Assembly: GCF_009914755.1 (NCBI RefSeq)
Contig: NC_060937.1
Source of the DNA: the human T2T-CHM13v2.0 reference genome, Homo sapiens
DNA: 64,000 bases
Reading direction: 5' to 3' (one strand)
The position numbers and the translations under genes were made by a program. Shown piece after piece: positions 20,325 to 36,000 of the stretch. Position 1 is the stretch's first letter, and each line of letters begins with the position of its first letter. A model generated the notes under the pieces. The model was not told the origin of the DNA. It searched no databases and saw only the letters and a list, made by a program, of their open reading frames with translations.

Positions 20325-22699
20325 TATGCTGGGAACTCCAGGAAAACTGCTTCAGAGAAAAGGGAATAAGATGTTGAAAAGAGAACTTTCTTTTCCCTTC
20401 CATCTTTTTGGCTTTTTGCCTCATATCTCTGCCTGCTTATATATATTTTTTTCAATAGGAGACAGATCAAACTAACTTACAGGAAAGCTTGATTCAAAAA
20501 TATTAAATCAAGCCAATTTGAAAGAACGGGGACAAGCTCTGGTCCAGTTTTTAAATTTTTAAAAAATTATTGTGAAATTAAGACCTAAAAAGAATAAATC
20601 AATTAGCCAACCTGTTATATGGCCCTTATGTGGTAGCAGATCAAGAGCCTCCCAGGGGAGCCACAGTTCAGGTGCCAAAGTCCCCAGGGAAGGAGCACTT
20701 GCTCGCGGTGATAATAACCTAACAGCCCAGATGTTATCACATCTGCGGTAAGAGAGCTGGAGAGCAGCAAGGGGCTGCTTATGGAAAGCAGAAATCAGAT
20801 AATCTTTCTGTTCTCTCCCACACCAAGGAAGTCTGTATTTCCACCAAAGAGCAGATCTCATTTCTATAAACCTAAATTTGCGTTCCCGTGGATTTTATCT
20901 TTCCTCTGCACAAATGCATGTGTGTTTAGCATACCCACTCACCTACTCAGATTCCAAGAAGAGCCCACAGGCGTCACCATGGCTTTTTCTTTCTTTCTTT
21001 TCATGTTCCCCCCCACCCCCTCCCTTCCTTCTAGCTCCAGAGGGAAGTGAGAAGGATGTTCACTTGCTGGTGAGAGAAGGAGCTGGTTCCATCCATTACG
21101 CAGTCCCCTGGGAGCGCTAAATGCAACTTTATCTCAACGGGGAGTGGACGATGAGCAGGACGTCGCTAGAGGGAAAGAGTGAGTCCTACGGTAGTCATCA
21201 CACCGGGAGTCCGGGCTTAACCTAGTCCTTCCTGACACCCCTGGTGGCCGTTCCCTGCGCTCTCTCTTGACGGGAAAGAAAAGGCCCCCACAGAGGGTGA
21301 GGGCCTGGAACCTGCCCCTCCCCTCTCAAGGAAGCGCTGGTCTTTAGGGACCCTGAAGGGTACAGGAGCAACAGAAAGGTAAACAGTACAGGTTTGCGGC
21401 CGGGTGGGGCCTCTGAGAGCCAGGTGAGCTCCTGAGTACCCAAAAGGCACCTCGGTTCACCCTCCAACCCTGGGAGGCTTCCATTAAACCCAGCGGAGAG
21501 ATGCCACCTTAGCCTGAAGTTAGGAGTTAGTCCCACCAAGATTTCCTTCCCTGTTCACCTCTCTTTCGACAACAGGAATACCCCACCTTGGGGTGAGGCC
21601 AGATCTTTGCTTGGGGTATTGGGTGTTTTGATGGGACCAGAAACATGAGGGCTATGGGTACAATCCTCCCTCCCCCTCCCACCATGGATAGGAAGCCCAT
21701 CTAGGATACATCCATCTTCACTATAGCACTTAGTGCAGAGTTTGTCACAGGAAAAGTACCCCACCAAAAAACACGTGTGTAGGAAGGAAGAGAGGCCAGT
21801 TTCGGGTAGCCTGGGGGAGAGGTGGTGGCCTAGGGGCTGTTCAACAATCCAGGGCTGGTTGGAGATTGCAGGAAGATCCCTGGGTGGGGGGATGGGGGGG
21901 TCTACATTCTCCTTAAAAAGGAGGGGTGTGTTTTCCCCAGGCAGAGCTGTAAATTTTTATTCCAGCCTGTTCTTTTTCAGGAGCCAATTATTTCACTCCG
22001 CCCTCATTAACTTGCTACCTTATCTTCCTTCCTCAAATTCTTGCTGAGCGGTAGTCTGGCCCAGTACAAGACACTGGAGATAAAATGAGGTATACAATAT
22101 GAGTACCTGCCCTGCAGGAGGTGACAGTGTATGTGCGTGGGGAAGCCACGGATAAAAGGCATCTATGACACAGGTATAACAGGTGTGATGAGAGGGATGT
22201 GTATAGAAATATGGAGCGGGTGATGCTTGGACAGTTATCATGCCTCATCCTCGTTGGTTCTCAGCCCAGGCTAAAGAATAGGGCATGCTGGCACATCTGC
22301 AGGCAGTTCCCTGGACCATATCAAGCCTCTCCCTACTTTCCTCCTGATGCGTAAAAGGAAAAGGTGGTGGGCTTGGGCTCAGCTCACCCATATGTCACTG
22401 TTTTGTTTTCCTGGTTTGGCAACTGCTGTAACTCGTTGGCCCCTGCCTGTGCTAATGATACCCACATGGGGTCTGAGCCTTGGCATAGATTCCTGGGCAA
22501 TTTTTTTTCCTTCTTATTTAATGACCAACACAGATCTCCTCCTCCTCCTCATCTCATAGCTTTGCATTTTATCAAGAGAAGGATAATGAATGCACAACTA
22601 TTGATTTCCAAGGAATTTCCGCCCCCAGGGACAGGGAGTCTATCATGTGGATCAGAGACACATTTCTTTCCCTCATTAATTAATTTTCTCCTCCTCCTT

Positions 22700-25600
22700 T
22701 GGCAGGCCTCACTTCCCGTTTCCTTTGGCAGCGCCCTTTTCCCGACCTAAGGGAGCAGACCTTCGTTGGTTGGCGTGAGGACTGGCGGGAGAGGTTTTGT
22801 GCCAGGATCCGCACTGTCTGGGGTGAACGCTCCTCACCTTTGACCTGAACCGCCAACTTCCCATCCTCCACTTTTGGAGAGCGCGCCTGATAGCTGCTGC
22901 CCACCTGGGCACTGACATCCTCCTTCCGACCGGGTGCGGAGAAAGTTAGTATTTGACTCCGCAGCCACTACTCGCCCCACCTTCTCACCTCCGAGGGGTT
23001 GAACCCGAGTTGTCTGTTGGGGTTTAGGGACTCAGGATCGGGTCTGAGGGACTTCGACATAAGTGCGTGGCGGTAGTGGGTATACAGGGGAGGGGGGCCG
23101 GGCCCCTCGCTCCTTCTGGAAACCGGGCCCCACTTGCAGGCCCGGCCACCTTGGGTTCTGGTGGCCGAAGCCGGAGCTGTGTTTCTCGCAGACTCGGGGA
23201 GCTACATTGTGCGTAGGCAATTGTTTAGTTTGAAAGGAGGCACATTTCACCACGCAGCCAGCGCCCTGCATGCAGGAGAAGCCCCCAGGGCCCAGGGTCG
23301 GCTGGCTTTAGAGGCCACTTAGGTTGTTTTAAGCACATGTGAAAGGGCAGACAGCAGGGGAGCAGGATATGGGTAAGATCTTCGGGTCTCAGAACAGGGG
23401 CTGCCCTTGGGCTGTCCCGGCGCCCTGGGCTCTGACACTGAAGGGTGGAATGGAGGAAGGAATGGAGAAAGGACGGTGGAACTTTCGCTTCCCCTCTGGG
23501 CCGCCTTCCCAGGGTCATGCCTGAGCTGCTTTGATCCCAGTGTCGCGCATCTTGGTCCGCTACCTCCCAGGCGATAGCTACTGGGCTCCTCGCTGGCCTC
23601 ACTGGGGGCCATCCCGGGCAGTGGCCTGCCCTCCGAGGCCCGCGGGACCCAGCCCAGAGCTGAGGTTGGAGTTCTCCGGGCCACGTTCCGGGTCGCTTAG
23701 GCTCGGAGATTTCCCGGAGACCGTCGTCCTCCCTTTCTGCTTGGCACTGCGGAGCTCCCTCGGCCTCTCTCCTCCTCTGGTCCCTAAGGCCCGGAGTGGT
23801 TGGCGGTACTGGGGCCCGTCGTCATCTCTGCTTCTAAGGCATTCAGACTGGGCTCCAGCTGGGACCGGCAGAGGAGGTTCTCAAGGAAACTGGTGGGAAA
23901 TATAGTTTTCTTTCGTCTGGTCGTTTAATTTAAATGCAACTTCCCTTGGGGACATTTTCCTGGACGTTAACCAGACCACCTTGAGATGTCGTTGATGACC
24001 TAGAGACCCAGATGATGCGTCCCAGGAAAGTTCACTGCTGACTATTGTCACTCTTGGCGTTATATCTATAGATATAGACCTATGTACATATCTCCACCCT
24101 GATCTCTCCGTGGACATGAAACCCACCTACCTTGTGAAAGCCCTACGGGTGACACATGACTACTACGTCTCTGTCCCAACAGGGGCTGGGCCTCCCCTGC
24201 CTAATAGTTGCCAGGAGTTTCGCAGCCCAAGTGAATAATGTCTTATGGCTGAACGTGGCCAAGGACTCCTGTGATTTAGGTCCCAGGAGGAGCAGAGACG
24301 TCCCCGCCCCGCCTGGGCCCTGCCGCATTCAAAGCTGGAAGAAGGCGCTGATCAGAGAAGGGGCTTCCAGGTCCTGGGTTAGAACAACAACAAACAAACG
24401 AAACTCCACAACAGACACGCCTGCCCATGACCCCACGCAAGGACATAGGAAGTTCTGTCGCCTTCCTGCTCCGCGGATAGCCGCCTGCCGTCTGCTGCCA
24501 CCAGAACGCACGGACGCTCGGGGTGGAGGTAGTCAATGGGCAGCAGGGGACCCCCAGCCCCCACAAGCGCGGCTCCGAGGACCTGGAAGCGGGTGCCTGT
24601 CGCTCTCCGCAGGCTCCGCTCTGCCTCCAGGAGCAAGATCCCCAAAAGGGTCTGGAAGCTGTGGAGAAAACCGCAAGGACGCGAGTCCAAACCCGAGAGT
24701 GCGGAGCTGGGTCCTGTCACCCGGCTCCAACGCTCGCCGGCGCCGCCGCCAGCCGCCCCTCCTTCCCGCCGCCCGCACAAATCAAAGCCCCTTGCGAGGG
24801 ACTGGGAAATAGTTGCCTTGTCATGTAACACATTGCCCTGATTTATTATAAAATTTTAACGAAATCATGCATATTTTAACAGCCTTTAATCACTGCATGA
24901 AAATTTAATTCATGAACTGTAGCGCGTTTAAATAAATGAAGTGTTAATTCATTAGGATTAATTAATTTGTTAAAGGATTGTGTGCAAGGTTAAGGTGGAA
25001 AGAAAACTCTTTGTTGGTTTCGCGTCTTAATCGCCAGGTTTCACGAGTAATAATAAAATGAAAGGAAACCGCAGGGCGGGCCGTTCGGGTGGAGCTTGGG
25101 CGGGACCAGCCCGGAGCGCCCCCGAGAAAGTGGGAAAATCGGGCTGGAAGGGCTAGGGCGCGTCTGTCTTCCCGAGACTGGGGAGTGGGGGTCCGGTGGG
25201 GGCTAGAGGGGAAGGGAAGAGCGGGCACCGGCGGCGGGAATCCGAGAAGGCCGAGTTCGCTGTAATCCCAGGGACAGAAGAGGGCTCAGAGCCGAGGCTG
25301 GCGGGCCGGACCCCATCTCCCCAACCCGAACACAAAGATGACCCGGTGGGTTAGGCGAGGTCGCCCCTTCCTGCCCTCAAAAGGTCAAGTCTCGTCTTAA
25401 TGGACAGATGATGGGCCAGCTCGCCACCGCCTAAACGTTCCAGCGCCCAGGGAGCCACTGTCTCGCCATCAGGCCGCCGGCTCAGGAGGTTGGGGCAAGC
25501 CCAAGAGCCTCTGGGGACTCCGAGAGGAGGCGGAGCAAAGCCAAACGTGTAAACCCAGGCTGGAGCAATCCGGGAAAACTTTTTTCAAATAGGAGCCCTG
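22700..25600. promoter_or_regulatory. CpG island(s) 3-6 kb upstream of POU4F1
   Basis: CpG-rich blocks at about 22750-23880 and 24290-25560. Confidence 0.75.
24835..24975. promoter_or_regulatory. Cluster of POU4/Brn3-type sites, probable autoregulatory enhancer
   Basis: AT-rich island inside a CpG island with ATGCATATTTTAA, ATTTAATTCATG, AATAAATGAA, GTTAATTCATTA, ATTAATTAAT; about 5.4 kb upstream of the promoter, matching the recalled position of the Brn3a autoregulatory element. Confidence 0.65.
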
Positions 25601-27035
25601 ATGTTAAGGAATGGTTTCTTCAGCACCTCTTCTGAGACACAGGCTAAATAGGCGTATCCTTCAGCACAGCCCGACACACAGGAGAGGTGTCCTCTTCTGC
25701 GCAGAACTCTTATTCACCCTTCAAGACCCAGTACGAGTAACAGGTCTGTGAAGACGCCAGACTTTCTCACTGCTCCACGCTATCCCCAACAGGGGCATTT
25801 TTCTACTCACAAATAATGTAAGTATCAAAATGCATTAGAATTGCATCCTCCCACCTCCCAGTAAGTCTCAGTAAAGGGCCAAGCCATATCTCTTGGGAAA
25901 AGGATCTTTATATCCCCAAATTACAAACGTCACATAAGGCCCACACTTCTACACACCAATAAGCTAACATTTATTAGAGAAGGTCTGCTCCTTATTAAGA
26001 CACAACACTTAGAATCTAGGATAATGACAAGAAAAAGACATAGCAGGCCTAAGAATCTGCCTTGTTTCTGAAGTGGAGCTGCAACTCAAGGCATTCTAGA
26101 CTGTCTCAGTCATATAAAACTGAAGATCGCCCTAACTTGCACTCCAGGTGGGTTCTGTAAAGAAATCTGCATCTTCACAGATGCTTCCTAGCTGACTGGG
26201 GTTCCGAGAATTAGGCAATAAATGTTCACTGTGCACTCAGATCATTGCTTAAAAGGTTTTCTCTGCCAAGTATTATTAAAAGGATCAGGTTACATCGTGA
26301 TAGGCCAAAGCTGTGTTGTAGGACTCCCACAAATGGGAATGAAAGAACTTCTTATGAGGCTCTGGGAAACCCTTCTAATCTAATAAAGTACATCCCATAA
26401 ACAGTTAATCTCAGTTTGATTCTCTCTACAAATACCATCCAAAGGCACAAAAGGGGGAGAAATCTAGTGTATGTATTTCACTTTGAATCATTGAAAACCA
26501 TTCAAGTAGAAACAAGAAGTTCCTGAAACATCATAGACTCAAGACCAAGTTGTCTTTTTCAGTAGTCTTTTCAAACCAATGTAGATGGCCAAGAGATGAT
26601 TGGGAAACAAAGCCGACTTGAAATTAAAGGACTGTAAACTACTGTACCATGTTCTTTTTTTGTGTGTCAGCTAACTCCATAAAACAGGAAAAAGACTTGG
26701 CATTTTTGGATGGAATGATTTTAAAAATAAAAGATGAATACTAAGTCATGACCAAAAAACAAACAAAACTGCTAGCATCCTGTCACATTCCCATAGCCAA
26801 AGCATTTTAAGCAGTCAAAAGATATTTTTCTAAAAACATGAACTGTCTGCTTCCTTATCATGAGTACATCTTTTTCTATCATAGCCTTAGTGAAATTAAC
26901 CAAGACAGGAAGGTTAACTTAATCTAAATGTCAGAGTCAGTGTGAATCTATTAAGTGGCACACACACAACTCCCACCGTTGAGCTTCTGTTTAGTAGTCA
27001 GACTCAGGAACTAAATGCTACTGTAAAAGAAACAT

Positions 27036-27135
27036 GCTAAGCCCAAGAGGTCAAGGCTGAAATGAGCTGTGTTCGCACCACTACACTCCAGCTTAAGAGC
27101 GAGACCCTGTCTCAAATGTAAAAATAAAAAATAAA
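27036..27135 (+). mobile_element. Old Alu (J-like/monomer) 3' fragment
   Basis: GAGGTCAAGGCTG...CACCACTACACTCCAGC...GAGACCCTGTCTC plus A-rich tail. Confidence 0.7.
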
Positions 27136-27844
27136 CATGTTAATACTTCCAAAATACTTTAAAAATAATTCTTGGAAAGTTTCAAAGCCCTTTGTCCTTT
27201 AGTCTATAAATATGAATTCTTTATTACACAAGGGAGAAGAGCAGAAGCTCTAGAGCCACAGACCCAGCTCCAAGATATGGTTCATATCTATTCCAGCTGT
27301 GTTATTACTCTTTCTCGATTTGTTTTTCTGTAAACTGGGGACGACAGTACTTGGTTCACAAAGTTTTAAGAAGGGATTAGATGAAATAAGGAATTAGATG
27401 AAATAGAGGTTAACTTAGCAAGATACTTAGTTTTAGTATAAGATAGGGTTGTTTTTTGTTTGTTTTTGCCTGGAGTGTGTGTACATAATAGATACATTTA
27501 AAAATCTATGAAACCACCATATTTACCATGACATCACATTATGGTAAAGTGGTAAAGAGTACAAATGAGAATGTGTGATTAAAATAAAATCCTACACAGA
27601 TTAGACCCTTTAAATAAATGGCACACATTTAATACATGGAATACTGTTTTAGGGAGAATGGAGGGATGTTTCTGAATATAAGCAGTGGGAAAATACCTTA
27701 GTCCAACATAGATGCTTTCACCTAGGTTAGTCATTAGTAAATCAGGTTACACACTCCAGATATCCATGTCACAGTGTCAGTGTGTATTTGGACTAAAAAG
27801 ACACATCCTTGATTACAGATAGAAGTACAATGAGGCTTACCCCT

Positions 27845-28495
<651 letters not shown>

Positions 28496-28684
28496 CCCTA
28501 AATTTAACCTGTGGCAGAAAAATTTTAATTTCTATATTTGAGTTTCTAACGTGTAGTCATATTATCAAAGACATTTAAAGTGCCAATAGCTCTGAATGTA
28601 TCCATTAGCTTTAACATATCAGAAAAATGATTGGAAAATATGTAACATAAAACAAAATTCTGCTTTAAATTAGCTCTTTCTGGC

Positions 28685-28990
28685 TTTTTTTTTTTTTTTT
28701 TTTTTTTTTTGAGACAGAGTTTTGCTCCTGTTGCCCAGACTGGAGCGCAGTGGCATTATCTCGGCTCACCGCAACCTCCGCCTCCTGGGTTCAAGCGATT
28801 CTCCTGTCTCAGCCTCCCAAGTAACTAGGATTACAGTCATGTGCCACCATGCCTGGCTAATTTTGTATTTTTAGTAGATGGGGGTTTCTCCGTGTTGGTC
28901 AGGCTGGTCTCGAACTTCCGACCTCAGGTGATCGGCCCGCCTCCGCCTCCCAAAGTGCTTGGATTATAGGCATGAGCCACAGCGCCGGCC
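28685..28990 (-). mobile_element. AluS (Sp/Sq-like)
   Basis: Full-length antisense Alu; TCTGGCT on both flanks. Confidence 0.93.
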
Positions 28991-29088
28991 TCTGGCTATT
29001 ACTTCTATAAGTGGAGGACATGATTCTTCAAATTACAAATGTGAATTGTCACTTTTATGGTTTCATTGAATCCTCAGTCTATTATAAC

Positions 29089-29640
<552 letters not shown>

Positions 29641-29641
29641 A

Positions 29642-30002
<361 letters not shown>

Positions 30003-30024
30003 TCATCATCGACATCAAGGAACA

Positions 30025-31313
30025 CAGTGCTTATGACATTCTTTATTCAATTCACATAGAAAAGCATGCAGTATTAATGTAAAACAGTACAATATTAATG
30101 TAAAATGTTCAGTGCACATTAAACAGCATACATACCCATTTTTAAAGACCTATATAGGCATACCAAATACGTTTAGAACAATACACTTTTTCAGAGCCTA
30201 AATTAAAAATTGTGCTTACCTCTTACCTATCTTCACCCCCTCAACACTCTTCACAGAAAAGTTTTGTCCTACATAAAAGATATTCTATCAGCCAACTGAA
30301 ACCTCTTTTTCTTAAGTATGGAAAACACAGCAAGCAAAAATGCTACCATGCATAGTTTCCACAAAGAACAGGAACATGCAAACAAGAAACATACTACTCA
30401 AAAGAAAACTCCCCTGGAATGCAAGTGGATCAAGAACTTGGCGATGAGCTCTTTCAAACCTGTTACATCTGGAACAATGAAGCTATGATGTTTTAGGTTC
30501 CTCTAAACCCAAGTGCTCCATGCCTTCTTTCCATAGTATGCTAAATTTCTGATTTTACACACATACACACACACGCAGAGGAGAAAATGTAAGCTACCTA
30601 ACATAAAACAAATGTCTTCATATAGAAAATGTTTTCTTTCATACTAGCAGAACATTTTCACAAAACTGGACAAAACACAATGCTAAAAAATGCAAACATA
30701 TACATAAAACCTAAAAAAAGAAAGTAAATCAATATTGGACTAAGGCTAGAGTGCTATTTCTCCATCATGGCCCTGCAGAAAAACTAGGCCATCACTAAAC
30801 ATAAATAAAAAGGGACAGGTAAAATAATTTCCACCCTGGGAAAAGCTTAAACTCAAGTGTCTTATTGAGCAGTGTATAGACAACACTAAAAGTTTTATTT
30901 AAGAAATCCAAGTTCTGAAGACAAGTGGGGCTTATCAACAGGCCACTGTATCTAACAGTTAAATAACATTTTTTAAAAAAACAATGTATATCCAACCGAG
31001 ATACATATCAAATTCAGTAAAAAAACAAAACCAAAAACAAAACCAACCAACCAACCAACCCCAAAACACAAAAATAACCTCCTCCCTAACTTCTCTGGTC
31101 ACAAAGACTCCCAAATAAAAATGAAAAGAACAAAGTCTTTTCAAAATGAACAATAAGTATTCTGGGTACAGGTTAATCCACCATCCTGACTTGATACTTG
31201 ACTAAAGATTATCAATTCCAATTTGTATAGAACTTTTATGAGGAAAAAAGGTAACTTTAACAACTTTTCTATTTCTCTCAGGACAAAACCACAAATGACA
31301 CCTTTCTAATGAG
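30025..31313 (-). other. OBI1: OBI1 3' UTR with poly(A) signal
   Basis: Minus-strand AATAAA at 30042-30047, just before the Alu cluster begins. Confidence 0.7.
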
Positions 31314-32856
31314 TCAACTTTTAGTTGCTTTTGATGGGCTGGCACTGGAAAGGCTGCTCTGGATTTTTCTTTTTGTTGATTGATTCACATTTTTATTCCT
31401 CTTTTCAGGCACAAAGGAAGTAGACCAAGGAGACTGAAGGTGGTTATGAAGACTGTGCATCTCTGAGGACATCTTAAACAAAGATGACCCAAATCTTTGA
31501 TCTTCAAATAGTCGATGTGAACTGCTTAACAAAATGCCCTGGGAAAACTCTGTCTGAAACAAGCAGCTTGGGGGTTTGATTTCATTAGTTACTGGACAAG
31601 AACTGGAATGGAGTGAAAAATCTTCATTCATTTCTTGGTCAGATGGAGAGAGGAGAAAAAAAGAAGTGGGTTTCCATTCACTTCCATTTTCTAACTGATC
31701 ATTAGTTAGAGAACCTTTGGAAAGGTTTAGCTCAGTTTTTTCTTCCAACTTATCAGGTTCCTCAAGAAATTCACTGCCTTGAGATGACTTTGATAACCCA
31801 TCCAAATCCAGTGACTTAAAACCGTTATTACAAGGGCTCTTGCTGTTGTCTGACTCTGACATCATTGAATCCAACTCAGAGATTTTGTCAAGGTAAGCAG
31901 CATCCATCGATGCTTCACTGGATGTTCTTGTCCGGTTCATTTCAAAAGAGCGAATAGAATTCAACCTTTTGGATAAACATAAGCCTGATTTCTCACTCAA
32001 TTTTGAAGATATTTCTCCAACAGAATTTGCTATCGTGTTCCCCTCTGAACTTTCAAAATCTAAGTTTTGGGCATAGCTTGTGGAACAACAGTCCCAAAAT
32101 CCTGTCTTTGGGGAAGAAAAACATTCTGATTTCTTTTCATTTTCACTTCTACTTATATCATCTTCTGAAGAATCTTTATTAGAAACATTTGAAGAATCAC
32201 AAAAATCATCAAACACCAATTTTCTGAGATGGTTTGAGTGCTTTTTGGAACCTCCTGCTTGGACCACAGAGCTCTCTCTATTTTCTGGAGTACTGAGCTG
32301 AAGGCAACTAAGGGACAAAGGAGTACAAGGAGCTGGAAGATCATAAAGTTCTTCATCTTTGTAGGGTACACAGTCACTTGGTTTATTCCCCCATTCTCTT
32401 TCCAAATAAGTATCCATACTTGTATCTGTCACATCTAACATTACTTCTACCTGTTCTTGATATAGGTCTTTGTTCTTAGAACAGTTAAGGTCTGCTTTGC
32501 TGGTACTTTCCTGCCTTGCAGAACTGGTGTCACACAGTCTGCTGCTGGAAGGCTTCGCTAGGTGAGAAGAACTGGAGGTGGATGAGCCAGGCTGCTTTCT
32601 GGCACTATCGCCTTGATTCTTTGACACCACATCCTCCTCACTGCCTTTGCTCCCTTTGCCATCTGCAGAAAGTGCTGTCTGGCAAATGGAATTCATAGCT
32701 TCTTTCTCTTCACTTGAATTTTTTAGCTGTGCAACTTGAGATTCTAGTTCCTCTATATACTTATCACTTCGTTCCAGGGCTTTCTTGAGGCGATTGGTTT
32801 CACGCTCATACTGTTCTACTTTGGACTGAAGAGCAGCAACTGCAAACCTTCCAAAC
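31314..32856 (-). CDS. OBI1: OBI1/RNF219 last exon, coding part (end of coiled coil and long Ser-rich C-terminus)
   Basis: TAG acceptor at 32859-32857; 1543 nt open to TGA; FGRFAVAALQSKVEQYERE...SASPSKATKS*. Exons 2-6 splice in frame (2109 nt). Confidence 0.95.
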
Positions 32857-33060
32857 CTACAAAGAATGGAAAGATAGTTAATCTTATAACTCAAGCTTTT
32901 TTCTTTTCAAGGTTTGAGAGTGCAAACTGTCCCAGGCTATTCTAATTTCACCTAACAGTGACATTTCAGACCACTCAATGAGTAGGGCAAATGCCAGATG
33001 TATATTTTCAAAAAATGGTTTCCCCACTTACATAATAATAAACATATGATAATAATAGCA
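31314..33060 (+). ncRNA. OBI1-AS1: Probable terminal region of antisense lncRNA OBI1-AS1 (RNF219-AS1)
   Basis: The lncRNA is recalled from annotation, not visible directly; plus-strand AATAAA at 33037-33042 is a compatible 3' end; exon boundaries not determined. Confidence 0.35.
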
Positions 33061-36000
33061 AAACCTAATAGGATATTTTTGTGGTTAAATCAGATCTATG
33101 GTAGCAGAGAGGCAGAAATGTGCTGATGATTTCCCCTCGAAGAGCTGGCTGTATCAATTCAGCTCATATATGCATGAAGAGTTATCCCCTAAAACAATGG
33201 CAAAGATTTATGATAACATTTGAACAGTGGTCTACATCTTGAAATATTTACATTCAATCATTTTCCTATCATACAGCAGTGTTTTACAATACATTTCTTA
33301 TATAATGTCACCTTGTCAAACATAAAATGCCAATTTGAAATTCAGAAATCTTAGCAGTCCCAGGAGGGGTGGTTTTAAATACTTATTTGGGCCCTTTCAA
33401 TTATAGCCACCCTTGATCTGAAGCTTTTCTGTGGCTTTTCAGAGCACTGGCCTTTAATTTATGTCAGCACTACTTATTTTTGGCATTTTACAGCTGTGTG
33501 GGACATCTATCTCATTTCTTTCAACTTTGAAATATGAAGTCAGTGCTTGTGATTCCAATATACTAGGCAAAAAAAAAAATTTTTTTGTACACTTTCTGAA
33601 AGAGAACATTTTGGAGAGTGACTGAAAAAGAATTCCCTTATTCACAAAAAGTCTACTCCTTTTACACCGGGATTATCTTGCTGTTATTTCCACCAAGAAT
33701 GAGTACTGTGTTAAGCTCAGGAAACAATTTTTGAGTACCTAGTATAGGTTAGGTGGTATATTTGGGGCTGGGAACACAAAAGATAAAAAAGACTGTCTAG
33801 CTCCAAGGGACATAAAATATCTACCTTAAATTCAATCTTATCACCAAAAATAAATTCTATCTTTCAGGAAACTTATGAGCCAATAAATAACATAATCCCG
33901 TGAAAAATACCTTATCTCCTCCAAAATTCTTTTCAAAGCCTATTCTTAATCATCTTTTTGATGATTTATATATTGGCCCATTTCTAAGAATTAAGGGATT
34001 GTCTGTTTGGAGGAAGCTATGAGAAGGTGACTTTCAAAAATTATTTTTATCTTTGGGTTTATCTTTTTCTTCCTTTTTTCCCCTAATTTGAAAAATAATT
34101 ACAATTAAGAACATGTATTTAGTATTGAAAAAAAAAACTACAAAAAAAGCAGAAGCCAATAGCAATTGCCCCTCTTAGAATCAACCACAACATGTTTTCA
34201 ACTCCCACTTAATGCCCATCACCTCCTAAACCACTAGCCCAATTCATTCCCCATCTCAACCCCTACATAATCCCTGCACTCTTATCACTGAAGGAAAAAG
34301 CAGAGGCAAAGGTAAATATAGAATCATAAAATCTCAAGATTAGAAAGGGCTTTAAAAGACATGATTGCTGAATATTGATTTACTCACTGCAATTAACTGA
34401 ACCCCCAGAGAGAGCACGCTCCCTTCAACTTCTAAAAAAACACAGCAAAAACCACAGGTATAACAAAAACAAAAGCAACTATAATAACAAGCCTCCCCAT
34501 TTTAAAGACAAAGTTTACTACTGTATTTGGTTAAATGAATGATGGGAATTTTTCTTCTTTGTTAAAAATGTTTTGGCTTATAAATGTAGTACTTCACAGA
34601 GTTGTAGTTCTGCAAGAGAACTTTTAAAAAGTGGGCAAAGACCTTTCAGTACATTAAGTACAAATGTTTGTTAGTTCTTGATTGTAACTACTCTGGCATA
34701 ATCAAATAACCCACATTTTTAAATGGAAAAACTGTAGTATGTTTATTTAATGCCAATAAGCAAAAGTGACAGCCTTACATTTGCTTATCAAGATAAATTT
34801 CTTCAAGTAAAATTTTTTATAATAAAGGTATCTCCTCAGATAAAAAAATCAAATGACTTAAAATCAAATAATGCTACTACATAGTAAGTCAGTTGCTACC
34901 AAAGGATATCTTTGGGAACTTAGAGGCCTACACACAGAAAGACTACTCAAAAATAAAGAATGCTTCCCAAAATATTACCAGCTTCTTGTTCCAGGGTTTT
35001 AGCTTGGAATTTCAAATATAGTATCATCTTAAGATACTGTATTTGCCTCTCTCTCTCTATATATTTTTTTTTTTTAGAAATTATGTTTTTAAAAGAAGTA
35101 ACATATGGTTTGGAGTTGAAGTCAATGAGAGCCCTAAACATAATTTTTGTGTTATTTCAGAGAGAAGTAACAAAGGCCAGTAGCAGATCACATATGAGAG
35201 GCACAAGCAAGCAGAAGTCACTGATGGAGTTAGGCTGTTTTCTAAAAGGCCACTGCCCCCAATTTCCTTAAGTTTCCTTTCAATACTCTATAAATCTATA
35301 ATACTTTCAGTGATCAGGCCCTTCTCCCATGCTAATAAGGGACCTGTGCTGGTTGGCAGACTGACAGAAATGTATACTAAAAGCCATGCAACTGATCAAT
35401 TAATCAATTCATGTAATTTATTTGCTTTCTTTCTCCCACGTTAGAATAGAAGCTCAAGGAGAGCAGGTAGTTTGTCTTATATTCACTGCCAGATTCCTAG
35501 AACAATTCCTGGTATACGGCACTTGCCTGTTGTGTATTTCTTGAATAAAAGTCATTCTCTTACTTTAAGATACACTAGTGCCTTACATTGAGACAGGGTT
35601 GACACCACAGGATAAGCTAAAGGTCCTTGGCCTTCTTTTTACATGTTAAGTATTATGACAGTCACTGTATTACTAAAGTAAACATGTTTTGTTTACTACA
35701 TTTGACTGTTTACTTTATTTCACTGACACCCAGGAAAGCAACAGAGACTGACATATGTACAGTACAGCCTTTTTTGCTACAGGCTTGACATTCTATACTG
35801 CTCCACCCCAAAAAACTTCACCTTAGTAAGACTGCAAATAGATGAGACTTTTGACATGTGTCAGGAAATTTTCAGCTTATCCAAGATAACTATATTAAAT
35901 TTGGCAAAGGGCAATTTACCTTATTATAGAGAAATAACAATTAGGGATAAGTATCTGATGCTATACTTCCATAGAAGAAGGACATGAGCTTATTTATCTT

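Noticed and set aside
30069-30105. TATTAATGTAAAA repeated twice in the OBI1 3' UTR, resembling POU/homeodomain sites about 10 kb upstream of POU4F1
   Set aside because: AT-rich UTR background and weak motif match; cannot be distinguished from chance
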